A DNA stretch of 64,000 bases from Setoptus koraiensis (taxonomy: Eukaryota > Animalia > Arthropoda): positions 8,680,001 through 8,744,000 of the forward strand of contig CM106585.1 of the NCBI GenBank assembly GCA_048013815.1, given 5' to 3'. A program made the translations under genes and the position numbers. Shown here one piece after another: positions 40,300 to 52,240 of this stretch (position 1 is its first letter; the number at the start of each line of letters is the position of its first letter). The notes beneath the pieces are model-generated. The model was not told the DNA's origin, searched no databases, and worked only from the letters and a program-made list of their open reading frames with translations.

Positions 40300-41641
40300 T
40301 GTTGTCAGTGTGGCCAGCGTGGCTAGCCACACTGCGCAGGAGCTTGCGCCAAGATTGTCGCTACTCGACATACGTGTGCACACCGTGCGCAAATGTAACA
40401 GCGACATGCAAACATAATGGCCACCATAAAAAGAGTAATACGCAAAGAGTAATGCGTTTGCACTGCGCTCGCCTGTGCCCGGGCCGCTCGCAAGCGCGAT
40501 CTCACAAGCCCGAGCTCGCAAGCCCGAGCTCGCGAGATTGGACTGGCAGCGGCGGTGCACAAACTGATTGGATGTGCGATATGGAACGGGGGGGCAGAGC
40601 AGTGCATCATGCGCCACATTGCGCATGATACATTGCGCCGGCGAATGTTCAGTGCGAGGCAGTTTGGGCGAACTTATATCATCGCCGTGTGTGTGTGTGT
40701 GTGTGTGCGTTGCCCACTCACAGTTGTCGCTGGGCAGACTTCCCAAGAGTTCGCCCAAGAGTGTCTGGCCGCGACGGCCGATAACCAGACACAACTGTGC
40801 ACGCATGCACACGCATTAGTGGCATTGGCCATGGTGCTGCGGCGGCGGCGGCATTGGTTCTATTTCAGATCGCAAATGTTCGAATTCACTGGCAAGTTGG
40901 GTCTGAGTCGCCAGTTGAGTCGCCGGAGTCGCAAATGCTGCCGCTACGTTGTGCTGCTGTGGCGGCAGCAGCACTAGGCCACACTGAGATGTGCGCAACC
41001 GTGTGTATAGCAGTATAGTAAATAAAGGGACACGCGCGCAACTTTGACTTGAGCCCCGAGCGAACTAACGCTCATTTTAGAGTTGGTCGCTGGAGTTGGT
41101 CGCTGGAGCCGAGTTGAGGCAGCTAGGTCTGCTGTGGCAGGAATAAGGCGACGGCGGCATTAGCAAGCACAGGCATAGTTACAGCGGCAGCAATTTCAAT
41201 TTGTAGCTAGTAGGCAGTACGCACAAGCAGCATTAGCGTGCACACTAGTAAACAAGCAGCAGCAGCAAGTTCATGAAATAGGAGAAGAGCGACTCGCTCA
41301 GGTTTCAGCAGGAATATAGCATTTCATTATTGAATCATTAATTATTCTTCTAGTTTCACTTGAAGACGTAATACTCTTCTGGCAAACTTATCGTCATTTT
41401 GTAATCATCATTTATTGTTATCATTATTATTATTACATCTCATCGCCACACACACACGCACTGCACACTTATCAAGTTTTTAGTTATTGTTCCACACAAA
41501 ATCATCATCACAAACGATTGTGTATTTTTCGTTTTATCCTATCAATTAATTCACTCATCATCTGGCAGAGTATTTAAAATAACAACAACATAACGCAACA
41601 AAGCAACATACACGTAACAACTTAGATACCATTTCAGTACC

Positions 41642-44600
41642 ATGGCTTATGCTACCAAATTCAGCATGAAGCAGCAGCGGCATGCAGAACAAGACAGCGG
41701 CGGCAGCACTGTGCCGTCGGAAAAATCATCTATAGCCAGCTCGTCGGCGTCAGCGCTCAATATAGTTGCTGCTAATCGTGCCTCACTATTTAACAAAACA
41801 TTGGAAAAGGCCGCCTGTGGAGTCGGTTTCATTGTCAATATCAACGGAGTTGCATCACACAAAGTAAGTTGTCAACAACGCAGCACACAACAACAACAAC
41901 CACTATGCTCATGTCAAGCTTATCGCGCCATCGTAAACTTGATTCGTCGCTGACATGTTGTGTGTGTTACACATTTTATCCATTTTATTTATTCGTTTGT
42001 TTGTTTGTTTTTTTCTCTCTTCCTTTGTTATCTATCGTGTCATCGACGTGCCCTTTGCCTCTGCGCCAGCTCCTCGAAGATGCATCTACTATCAGCAAAC
42101 GAATGACACATCGAGGAGCCTGCTCCTGCGACAACCTCACTGGCGATGGTGCGGGCGTTATGGTTGCAATACCCGATCAATACTATCGTGATATACTCAA
42201 GCGAGAGCATCACATTGATCTGCCACCGTTCGGCCAGTACGCCACTGGCATTCTGTTCATGGACGCGCAATCAGATAGTGAACGAGCTACAATCACCAAA
42301 TTGTTCAATTCCATGGCGCAACAATTAGGATTGATTACTATCTTATGGAGAGATGTGCCAAGAGATAATTCGTGTCTAGGTCAAGTTGCCATTGAATCAG
42401 AGCCTAATATCACGCAAATATTTGTTGTTGACTCAACGGGAACAACACAAAATTTCAATCAAAGGATATATATCTTGCGAAAGCAATCTTCGCACAGGCT
42501 CATAGCGGGCGGTCTTCGGTACTATTGTTGTAGTCTTTCGTGCGATACCATTGTGTATAAAGGTCAATTTACCCCAAATCAACTATGGGAGTATTATGAT
42601 GATTTGAAACATCAACAATTCCAAACACATTTAGCCATTGTCCATGCAAGATTCTCCACAAACACCTACCCAAGCTGGGAAAGAGCCCATCCCATGAGGT
42701 TGCTTGCGCACAATGGAGAAATTAATACATTACGAGGCAATGTCAATCTTATGCGAGCCCGTGAGGGTGTCATGAAAAGCAAAAAATTTGGTGATCAACT
42801 TAAGGAACTATATCCTGTCATTGAACCAGACATGTCAGACTCTGGCTCTGTTGATAATGTCTTGGAATTCCTTGTCAACGCCGGTGACAAATCTCTGCCA
42901 GAGGCGGTTCTTTGTATGGTTCCAGAAGCTTGGCATCATGATGAGATGATGCACCCTCTCAAAAGGTCATTCTACAAATGGTCCAGTTGCACAATGGAGC
43001 CATGGGACGGCCCAGCACTGCTAACTTTCAGCGATGGTCGCTTCATTGGAGCTATATTGGATCGCAATGGACTACGACCATCTAGGTTTTATCATCTTAA
43101 AGATGGACATCTAGTCATGGCCAGCGAAGTCGGAGTTTTTGATCACAATCCAGAGGACATCATTCAGAAAGGACGTTTGCGACCAGGTCGAATGTTGCTT
43201 ATAGACACTAAAACACATGTTGTCAAAGATGACGAAAGTATTCGCGACTTCATTGCTTGTAAGAGACCCTTCCAAGAATGGACCAAACAGTTGTTCACTC
43301 TCGATGACATAAGACGCGCCAGCCAAACACCCAAAATGGACCACAATGGCACTCTCGACGGCAATAACAATTCTGGAAATAACCAGGATAGTTTTGGTGA
43401 TAGCATCACTAAAATATTCGAGGACAAACGCTTACCATTATTTGGATATACAACTGAAATCATCAATTTACTTTTGCTACCTATGATAAAAACTGAAAAG
43501 GAAGCATTAGGATCCATGGGTAATGACACTCCTTTGGCTTGTCTTTCACTTTATCAACCTCTTGTCTACGACTATTTCAAGCAATTGTTTGCTCAAATTA
43601 CAAATCCACCAATTGATCCATTCAGAGAGAAGATCATAATGTCACTCGAATGTCCTATCGGTCCTGAACACAACATTCTCGAGGCCAGTGCCAAGCAGTG
43701 TAATCGCATGTGGTTAGAGCAACCTGTATTATCAATATCCGACCTTGAAGTCATTAAAGCTACAAAATACAATGGATGGAAGACGCGGGTCATAGACTGT
43801 ACTTTTCATCCAAGTCGTGGTCGCCAGGGACTCGTCGAAGCTATCGACAGAATTTGTGATGAGGCCACAACCGCTGCCAAAAATGGATATACTTTAGTAG
43901 TATTAAGTGACCGTAAATCAGGACCTAACAACGTACCCGTGAGCTCTCTTTTATCACTCGGCGCTACTCATCATCACCTCATAGTTGAAAGACAACGCAT
44001 GAAAGTTGGCCTTATTGTTGAAACAGCTGAAGCCCGTGAAGTTCACCATATCTGTGTCCTTCTTGGTTATGGTGCTGACGCTATTTGCCCATATCTTGTC
44101 TTTGAAACCATGTCTGCATTACGTTGTGAAGCAAATCTGAAATTGTCGGACGAAGACATATTCAAAAACTATGTTGCTGCAATGGAAAGAGGTATATCAA
44201 AAGTCATGGCTAAAATGGGAATATCAACTTTGCAAAGCTATAAAGGAGCACAAATATTTGAAGCTGTAGGACTTGCCCAGGATGTCATTGACAAATGTTT
44301 TAAAAATACACCCTCTCGTCTCAGTGGATCTAATTTTGACGTTCTTGCAGCCGAAGTGCTGAATCGTCATCAACAAACTTTCGCCAGAGATGTTGGAAAT
44401 GACAGTCTAGTTCTAAGAGATCCCGGTTACTATCATTGGAGATCTGGTGGTGAAAAACACATCAATGACCCGGAAGCCATCGCAAACCTGCAGGATGCAT
44501 CAAAGACTAATTCAATGAAATCCTACAGAAGCTTTTCGGATGCCACAGTAGCTATGTTGAAAAAGTGTACGCTACGTGGTCAGCTGGACTTTAATTATGC

Positions 44601-47600
44601 ACCTGAGCCAATTCCGCTTGATGAAGTTGAAGAAGCCAAAGAGATTGTTAAAAGATTCTGCACCGGGGCCATGAGTTTTGGATCGATATCCATAGAGGCA
44701 CATCAGACCTTAGCTGTCGCTATGAACAGGCTGGGAGGCAAATCCAACACAGGAGAGGGCGGAGAGGATGCTGATCGATGGCAAGTTGAAAATCCTCAGT
44801 TCAATAGAAGATCAGCGATCAAGCAAATAGCTTCAGGCCGCTTCGGTGTTACAGCAGCTTATGTTGCCAACTCCGATGAACTTCAAATCAAAATAGCTCA
44901 AGGAGCTAAACCAGGAGAGGGCGGAGAATTACCTGGTCATAAAGTCAGTAAAGACATTGCCAAAACCCGTCACTCAATTCCAGGAGTTGGTTTGATTAGC
45001 CCACCGCCACACCATGATATTTATTCTATAGAAGATATAGCTGAGTTGATCTATGATTTGAAATGTGCCAATCCTAACGCCAGAATATCAGTAAAACTCG
45101 TCTCTGAAGTAGGTGTTGGAATAGTAGCAGCTGGTGTTGCCAAAGGTAAAGCAGAGCATATAACTATATCAGGTCACGATGGTGGAACTGGGGCTAGCTC
45201 TTGGACGGGTATAAAGAACGCGGGATTACCTTGGGAGTTAGGCTTGTCAGAGACACACCAAGTTCTAGTTGCGAACGACCTTCGATCTAGAGTTGTACTC
45301 CAAGTTGATGGACAACTCCGTACAGCATTTGACGTGATTGTCGGAGCGTTATTGGGAGCTGATGAGTTTGGCTTCTCAACGGCTCCGCTCATATCACTAG
45401 GTTGCATAATGATGCGTAAATGTCATCTCAACACTTGCCCAGTCGGAGTTGCGACTCAAGACCCTGTACTGCGCAAGAAATTCGAAGGAAAACCTGAATA
45501 TGTCGTTAACTACCTATTCTTGTTGGCAGAAGACATCAGATTGGAAATGTCAAAATTAGGCGTGCGAAAGTTTCAAGATCTTGTTGGTCGCACTGATTTG
45601 ATGAAATTCTCACCAGATCCTACAAACCCCAAAGTATCCTACCTAAATTATGATGCCATTTTATGTGACGCACGAAGCTTAAGACCCAATACCAACATCA
45701 TTGGGGGCAGTTTGAAGCAAGACTTCCAATTGGAAAAACGTCTAGACAACATCCTCATAAAAGAGGCGAAAGGATTTCTAGCAGGAAAATCATATAATCT
45801 TGCGAAGCCAATAAACATATCATTGAAAATAACTAACACTGACCGGGCTTTTGCCTCTACATTGAGCTACCATATTGCTAAACTTTATGGAGAGCCTGGT
45901 TTGCCGCTCGACAATCTCATAAACATAAACCTCGAGGGAACTGCTGGACAAAGTTTCTGTGCGTTTCTGCCTCATGGCGTTACCGTTAAACTAGAAGGAG
46001 ATGCCAATGACTACGTCGGTAAAGGACTGTCAGGAGGTAAAATAGTTGTATACCCACCGAAGTCTGTGTCACCCGAATTTAAATCCCATGAAAATATCAT
46101 AGTGGGCAATGTTTGTCTATACGGAGCGACAACTGGTAAGGCATTCTTTAGGGGCATAGCTGCGGAGAGATTTTGCGTCAGAAATTCGGGAGCTTCTGCA
46201 GTGGTTGAAGGAGTTGGTGACCATGGTTGCGAATATATGACTGGTGGAACTGTAGTTATACTTGGAGGCACCGGTAGAAACTTTGCTGCTGGAATGTCTG
46301 GCGGTCTTGCCTATGTCTTCGACGAGTCCCACAATTTCGCTAACTACTGCAATACCTCCACAGTCGAACTTGTTGCAATATCATCCGAAGAAGAATACGC
46401 TTCGCTATTTGCAATTATCCAAGAATTTGTAACTGAAACAGGCTCAGTTAAAGCGTCACTAATTCTTGAATCTTGGGCGGTATCTCGAGCGAAATTTGTT
46501 AAGGTTTTTCCAATAGAATATCAGAGAGCATTGAAACAAATGAAAGAAGAGTCGCAACAGAAAGAAAACGTACCTACAGATGACTCGTCGATTGAAGTAG
46601 ACTCAGTCCAAAATGGTAACTCCAACGGAATTAATGACGAGACCAAAAATGGATCAAACAAGACTGAAGCTGGAGACAAGCCTGCACCGGATATAGAAGA
46701 CTCACTTACTAATAACCTTGACAAAGTGAGAGGCTTCATGAAGTACAAGAGAATCAAAGGCTATTACAGGGAGCCTAAACTGCGTATGACTGATTGGAAT
46801 GAAATTTTCGACCAGAAATTCATCAGAGATAATGTAAGAGTCCAGGCGACCCGTTGTATGGACTGCGGTGTTCCATTGTGTCAAACCTCCTACGGTTGTC
46901 CTCTGGGCAATATCATCCCAAAATGGAATGATTTAGTGCATAAAGACGATTGGCAACAAGCAATATTGCAGTTACTGCAAACCAATAACTTTCCAGAGTT
47001 TACAGGTAGAGTCTGCCCTGCTCCTTGTGAAGGAGCTTGTGTTCTTGGAATCAATGAATCTCCCGTAGCGATCAAAACGATTGAAGTTTCAATAATCGAG
47101 GTGGCTTTTGAGAGGGGTTGGATACAGCCTAGACCACCGGCAACTAGGACCAACAAACGTATCGCAGTGATCGGCTCAGGACCGGCCGGTTTAGCATGCG
47201 CTGCCCAACTGAACAAAGCTGGGCACAATGTAGTCGTATATGAAAGAAATGATCGTGTTGGTGGACTTCTTCAATACGGTATACCGAGTATGAAGCTTTC
47301 TAAGCAAGTGGTACGACGTCGCATTGATCTGATGGAAGCTGAAGGTATTGAATTTAGAACCAAAGTAAATGTTGGACAAACAATATCTGGGCAGGAACTA
47401 CTTCAATCGCATGATGCGATCTGTATTACAACAGGTGCAACATGGCCTCGAGATCTCAAAATTCCCGGCCGTGAGCTTAACGGAATTCACTTCGCAATGA
47501 CATTCTTGGAAACATGGCAGAAGCAACAAATGTCATCTATACAACAAAATTCGAACAGCATTAATGGTAACTCGACACCGACTATTAGCGCTCGTGGAAA

Positions 47601-48270
47601 GAAAGTGATTGTAATAGGTGGTGGTGATACAGGATGTGATTGTATTGGTACTTCGTTACGTCAGGGAGCCAAAAGTATAACTTCATTCGAAATCTTACCT
47701 CAGCCACCCAGCTCTCGAGCGGACGACAATCCTTGGCCTCAGTGGCCGAAGATACTCAGGACTGACTACGGCTACGAGGAAGTTAAGCTCACAGATGGAG
47801 CGGACCCTCGTAAGTTTTGTGTTAGCAGCAAAAAGTTTGTAGACGATGGGCAAGGAAATGTCTGTGGTATTGAAGCTATATCAGTACGCTGGGTACAAAA
47901 TGACAAAGGCCAGTTTACTTTAGAAGAAATACCTGGTAGTGAGAAGTATTACGAGTGCGACCTTGTTTTGATTGCCATGGGCTTCTTGGGCACTGAAAAC
48001 TATCTAGCTAAAGAATTTGGACTTCAGATGGACCCGAGATCAAACATACTCACAGCGCCTGGATCATACAAGACAAGCCTAAACAAGGTATATTCGGCTG
48101 GAGATTGCAGACGCGGTCAGTCTCTGGTGGTGCACGCAATAAATGAGGGCAGACAAGCCGCTCGACAGATAGATTCCGATTTGAATGATGGTCTTTCATA
48201 TTTAGCTGGTCCAGGTGGAGTTGTTCCACCACCCACATTGATAGGCGTAAAAGTATCCAGTACTGATTAG
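41642..48270 (+). CDS. GLT1: NADH-dependent glutamate synthase (single-chain GOGAT). Exons 41642-41863 and 42070-48270
   Basis: ACGVGFIV (N-terminal nucleophile Cys), HRGA...[59 protein letters not shown] (3Fe-4S), [36 protein letters not shown]. Intron GTAAGT...CAG at 41864-42069. Confidence 0.97.
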
Positions 48271-48725
48271 TAGTCAAGTACATCGTTGAAAAACAAAAAA
48301 ACAAAATATATGTGCTTGAATCGCCTTCTTTGTGCAAACTTCTAGGATGCACTGTGCAAGGCACGTAGCAAAAACGTGTAGAATTTGGCGGTTTGCTCTT
48401 TGCACCTTATGGCAGGAACAGTAGAGGAGCAGTACAGTAGCAAGTTAGCTAGCGCAGCTCGTGAGGAGTAGAGCAGCTCGCTGAGTTTCATCGACATATA
48501 TCACCTCATTTGAAGATGTAGCAGTCTTGCGACTTACGTCTGTATTCAACATTATTGTTATTATCACTACAATTACTATACAAATATATCATCAAATCAT
48601 CTGGAATTATTTAGTTTTGATTCTCACGCGACACAATCACCATTGAACTGGCACATTTATTTTTTGTTTTATCTAGTTAATACAAACACAACAACTGAAA
48701 AGTTTATTTGTCGAAACGCAATACA

Positions 48726-49544
48726 ATGAACGACCATCAACCGGATACATCGGACACGAACAACAATGATACCAAGTTAGTTCATATTGTACCACTGAAA
48801 CATGCTCGGTCAAAAGTTTGGGCCTATTTTGGTTTTGTTGCTAACTCACATGGCGACATTTTGGATAAGAAGAAGGCTATATGCAAGATTTGTGCATCTA
48901 CAATGGCCTATTCTCGTAATACAACAAATCTTTTTGCCCATTTAAAATCGATGCACCCAACTATAAAACCTGCCAAATTAGTACCGAAGTCAACATCATC
49001 AACAACTAATAAGGTTGGCCCCGCAACAACTAGTCAGTGTTCAGTCAGTACATCAATGGCTTCGTGCTCAACGCAAGCCGATATACCGCTAGAGCACGAG
49101 CCGAGATGCATGGTCACAGAACCAAGTTCAGTTCCATCAACGCCCAATAGTTCAATTAGAGTTTGTACGTCTCCGGATGATCAGGATAGTAACTACACTT
49201 ACGCCAGCTCATGCTATGTAAGCGATTACAGTGCGCACGAAAGTGACACTATGTCAAATAGTTTATTAGAGTTAGAAATCAAAACGGAACCATTCTCACC
49301 GTCTATGACCCTGCCACAAGATAAAATTACCAACTCAATCGTAGATATGCTTGTTAAAGATTGTAGACCAATCGCACTAGTTCACTCAGATGGATTTAGA
49401 AATCTCATAGATACGTTAGCTCCCGGTTACAAAGTTCCAGATGATACGGACTTACAAAAACTAGTCGATGAAAGATATAAGGAATTGAGGATGGAGTTTT
49501 ATTCGGCCACATCAACAACCAAAACTTATGTTGATTTAAAATGA
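48726..49544 (+). CDS. BED zinc-finger protein derived from an hAT transposase (BED plus Hermes-type DNA-binding region, no catalytic core)
   Basis: RSKVWAYF...AICKIC...NTTNLFAHLKSMH (BED finger); KITNSIVDMLVKDCRPIALVHSDGFRNLIDTLAPGYKVP; stop before any DDE domain. Confidence 0.85.
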   Translation: MNDHQPDTSDTNNNDTKLVHIVPLKHARSKVWAYFGFVANSHGDILDKKKAICKICASTMAYSRNTTNLFAHLKSMHPTIKPAKLVPKSTSSTTNKVGPATTSQCSVSTSMASCSTQADIPLEHEPRCMVTEPSSVPSTPNSSIRVCTSPDDQDSNYTYASSCYVSDYSAHESDTMSNSLLELEIKTEPFSPSMTLPQDKITNSIVDMLVKDCRPIALVHSDGFRNLIDTLAPGYKVPDDTDLQKLVDERYKELRMEFYSATSTTKTYVDLK

Positions 49545-49611
49545 CCAACTTCGTCTTCATTATTTCGGACTGTTATGTAATATTAATGAAAAATAAAGTG
49601 TAATCTTTAAT

Positions 49612-50613
49612 TTACTGAACATCTCCCATATCTACAACTTGATTTGTTGCACCGCATCTAGGCGATGTCTGTAAGTGTCTTTGAAGAAGTGCAGGCATAA
49701 GAAAACCTTTATGACAGTTGTTACACATGTGAGGGTACTCTTTGGTATGAATGGCTATTACATGATTTCTCAAGGATGAGCTTTGATTAAATTTACCACC
49801 GCACCGATTACAGTGATATGGTTTTTCACCAGTATGTGTTAAAATATGTCGTTGTAAATGAGATTTAGTCTTAAATGATTTACCACAGTGACAACATTGG
49901 AATTTTCTTCTTATGTCTCCATCAGTGGTTAGTCGAGCCTTCCTATTGCCCTTTCCTTTTCCAGTAGACCTAGATGGGCGTGAAGACTTAGAGGCCCTTG
50001 TAGATGGTGCGTTTACAGTGTTAATGGTGTTATTACTGATGCAAATACTATTAGTAATATTGATGTTGTTAGGTGCATTATTTGCAATCATTTGGTCAGG
50101 ATACATTGAGGTCTCATCAATTTCGCCATCATCCTCCTCATCTTCTTCTTCGTCTTCTTCGTCATCGTCCTCTTCTTCTTCGTCGCCCTCTTCTTCTTCT
50201 TCATCCTCACTTTCCTCGTCTTCATCGTCGTCTTCCTCTTCTTCTTCTTCCTCTTCTTCGACTTCTTCTTCCTCTGGTGTATCTTTATTTTTATGTAATA
50301 ATGTCACATTAGTAAAGTACAAATCATCATTAGTGGCAGTACCAATAGATCTCCGTGATTCAAATAATTTCTCATCACTAATACTATTATCGTTTTGTTG
50401 GCAGATTTCGCAACGGTGTTCCTGTTCATTCTTATGTGTAATAACATGCCAATTCATTTTGAATTCATCTTCGTGAGTTTGTGGACAATAATTGCAAGTT
50501 TTTAAAATTTTACCTCCTTCTTGAGCGTGCATCCGCCGATGATCTTGAAAAAATTTTAGACAGGTAAATAGTGCGTTACATGTCTCACACTTGAACACAG
50601 TCCTACCCGACAT
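49612..50613 (-). CDS. C2H2 zinc-finger protein with a central Glu/Asp tract
   Basis: FKCETC...H...H, CNYC...H...H, FQCCHCGKSFKTKSHLQRHILTHTGEKPYHCNRC...HVIAIH...CNNC; about 50 acidic residues in a row. Confidence 0.88.
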   Translation of the reverse strand: MSGRTVFKCETCNALFTCLKFFQDHRRMHAQEGGKILKTCNYCPQTHEDEFKMNWHVITHKNEQEHRCEICQQNDNSISDEKLFESRRSIGTATNDDLYFTNVTLLHKNKDTPEEEEVEEEEEEEEEDDDEDEESEDEEEEEGDEEEEDDDEEDEEEDEEDDGEIDETSMYPDQMIANNAPNNINITNSICISNNTINTVNAPSTRASKSSRPSRSTGKGKGNRKARLTTDGDIRRKFQCCHCGKSFKTKSHLQRHILTHTGEKPYHCNRCGGKFNQSSSLRNHVIAIHTKEYPHMCNNCHKGFLMPALLQRHLQTSPRCGATNQVVDMGDVQ

Positions 50614-52240
50614 TGTAAGCTGCTGTTAATGGTGACGCAAATTGGTGTGATAATAATAATGGTTGTGATGGTGGTAGTGGTGGGCTGCTGCTGAAATGAT
50701 AATGGTTTATAAATTTATATATTGATAATATATAATAATCCAATCTTGTGTACCACTGATCATTGTTGTGTTGTTTATTATCAAACAATGGACAACAGCA
50801 TCAGCAACAACAGCAGTAGCAACATTTAGCATTAGTATTATACATGGTAGGCAATGGATCTACATTAACATTGGTTATATTGGCGTTCGATTCTGCTGCT
50901 GCTTGACTCACCCTTTACACTGAAATGTTCTATGCCAACTTAGACAGTACATTCTATGCCGAAAAAGCATTGTGAAAGGCACACGTACTGGACAGAGAAA
51001 GTACTGGATTTGTCCACTAGGAGGCGACAAAATTTTACCATGAAATTTGACGCAAGCGGGACGGGCAAATGTGCGCGTCCCGCTGTTCGTTGTCTGTTGT
51101 GTGTCTGGCAATGGACAAAGCAGCAGCAGCAACTTTGCAACTTGCTGCCTAATCAAACATCATCATTGTGCGCACGTATATGTGAGAGAATCACACTCAC
51201 GGTGTGTGTGTGTGTGTGTGCGTGTGTCAGTGTTATGGAGGGTCAGGCGGACACAAGCCGAGAAACAAAGCGCACGCAAGCGGGTTGCGCGCCACGTCGC
51301 GGTGATTAACTGTACTAATCAAAGTAAGGAATTTCCATGGGGTGAGCGAATGGAATTGTAAGAATGAAAATCTGTGCAGCCTCAGCCTCAGCAGCAGTGT
51401 GCCGCTCCACAAAGAACTCTCGCTGCTGCTGCTGTCATTTTCTCTGTTTGACTGTGCCCTGCTCTGCTTTGCCCCCTCATGTGTGTCTGCACCGCCGTGC
51501 ACCGCACACTGCGTGAGCAAGCCGCTTGCTGCAAGCGTGAGTGTGTGTGCTGCTGCTTGCAGCAGCGCCTATGTGCGTGCAACTAGCACGGTGCAAGTGA
51601 AAAGCGTTGGGAAAGCGGCCACCATCTCACGTTGGTGCACACTGCAGTGGTCGGTCGGTACAGTGCGGCGCGCGGCGAGAGGGCACGCACGTCCGTGAGT
51701 GGGGCACGGCGAGGCCGGACAGTTCAGTCGGGACACCCTGTACGCGGCGAGCGAGTGTGTGTGGCAGCATTCATGTGCACATGAATGTGCACATTAATGC
51801 GCTGCTGCATTGCATACAATTTGTAAGTGTGCAGTGTGACTCTGTGAACAGTCGCACGGCGGCGCACACGCCACACAACTGATGCGGTGCCTCGCCCGAT
51901 CGCGGCGCCCTGGCGGCGCAAATGGGCACTTAGCTAACGTTTATTTGTAAGGTGGTGATGATGATGATGATGATGATGAAGATCAAGAATCCGAAGAACT
52001 ATCGCAGAGCGATTACACCCCGTCGCAGGGAATTCGCTTCGGCCGACGCTTGTCCAATCGGCGCGGTCGTTGTCACTGCGTAATCGTTGCATTTAGTTGC
52101 CAATAATTATTATTATTATTACTATTATTATTATCATTATTATTATTTTGTTTTATTCTCATCACCTTTGTTCTTATTATTGTCAGCAGCAAGACGTTAT
52201 TACGCAACAATTGCCTTAGAGACAGTAGCGCCGCAGCAGA

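Noticed and set aside
35000-41600. Dozens of 60-200 aa ORFs on both strands
   Set aside because: No recognisable domains or consistent splice structure; expected by chance in GC-richer, repeat-laden non-coding DNA. A small unrecognised gene cannot be excluded.
41869-42069. ORF-track N-terminus of the 2133-aa ORF (MSTTQHTTT...)
   Set aside because: This is read-through of intron 41864-42069; the true N-terminus with the catalytic Cys is in exon 41642-41863.
41642-48270. Glutamate synthase as a horizontally transferred gene
   Set aside because: Fused NADH-GOGAT is native to many invertebrates, and this copy has a spliceosomal intron and host-like composition.
49913-50476. 187-aa poly-Ser plus-strand ORF
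   Set aside because: It is the antisense shadow of the GAA/GAG/GAT acidic tract of the zinc-finger gene.
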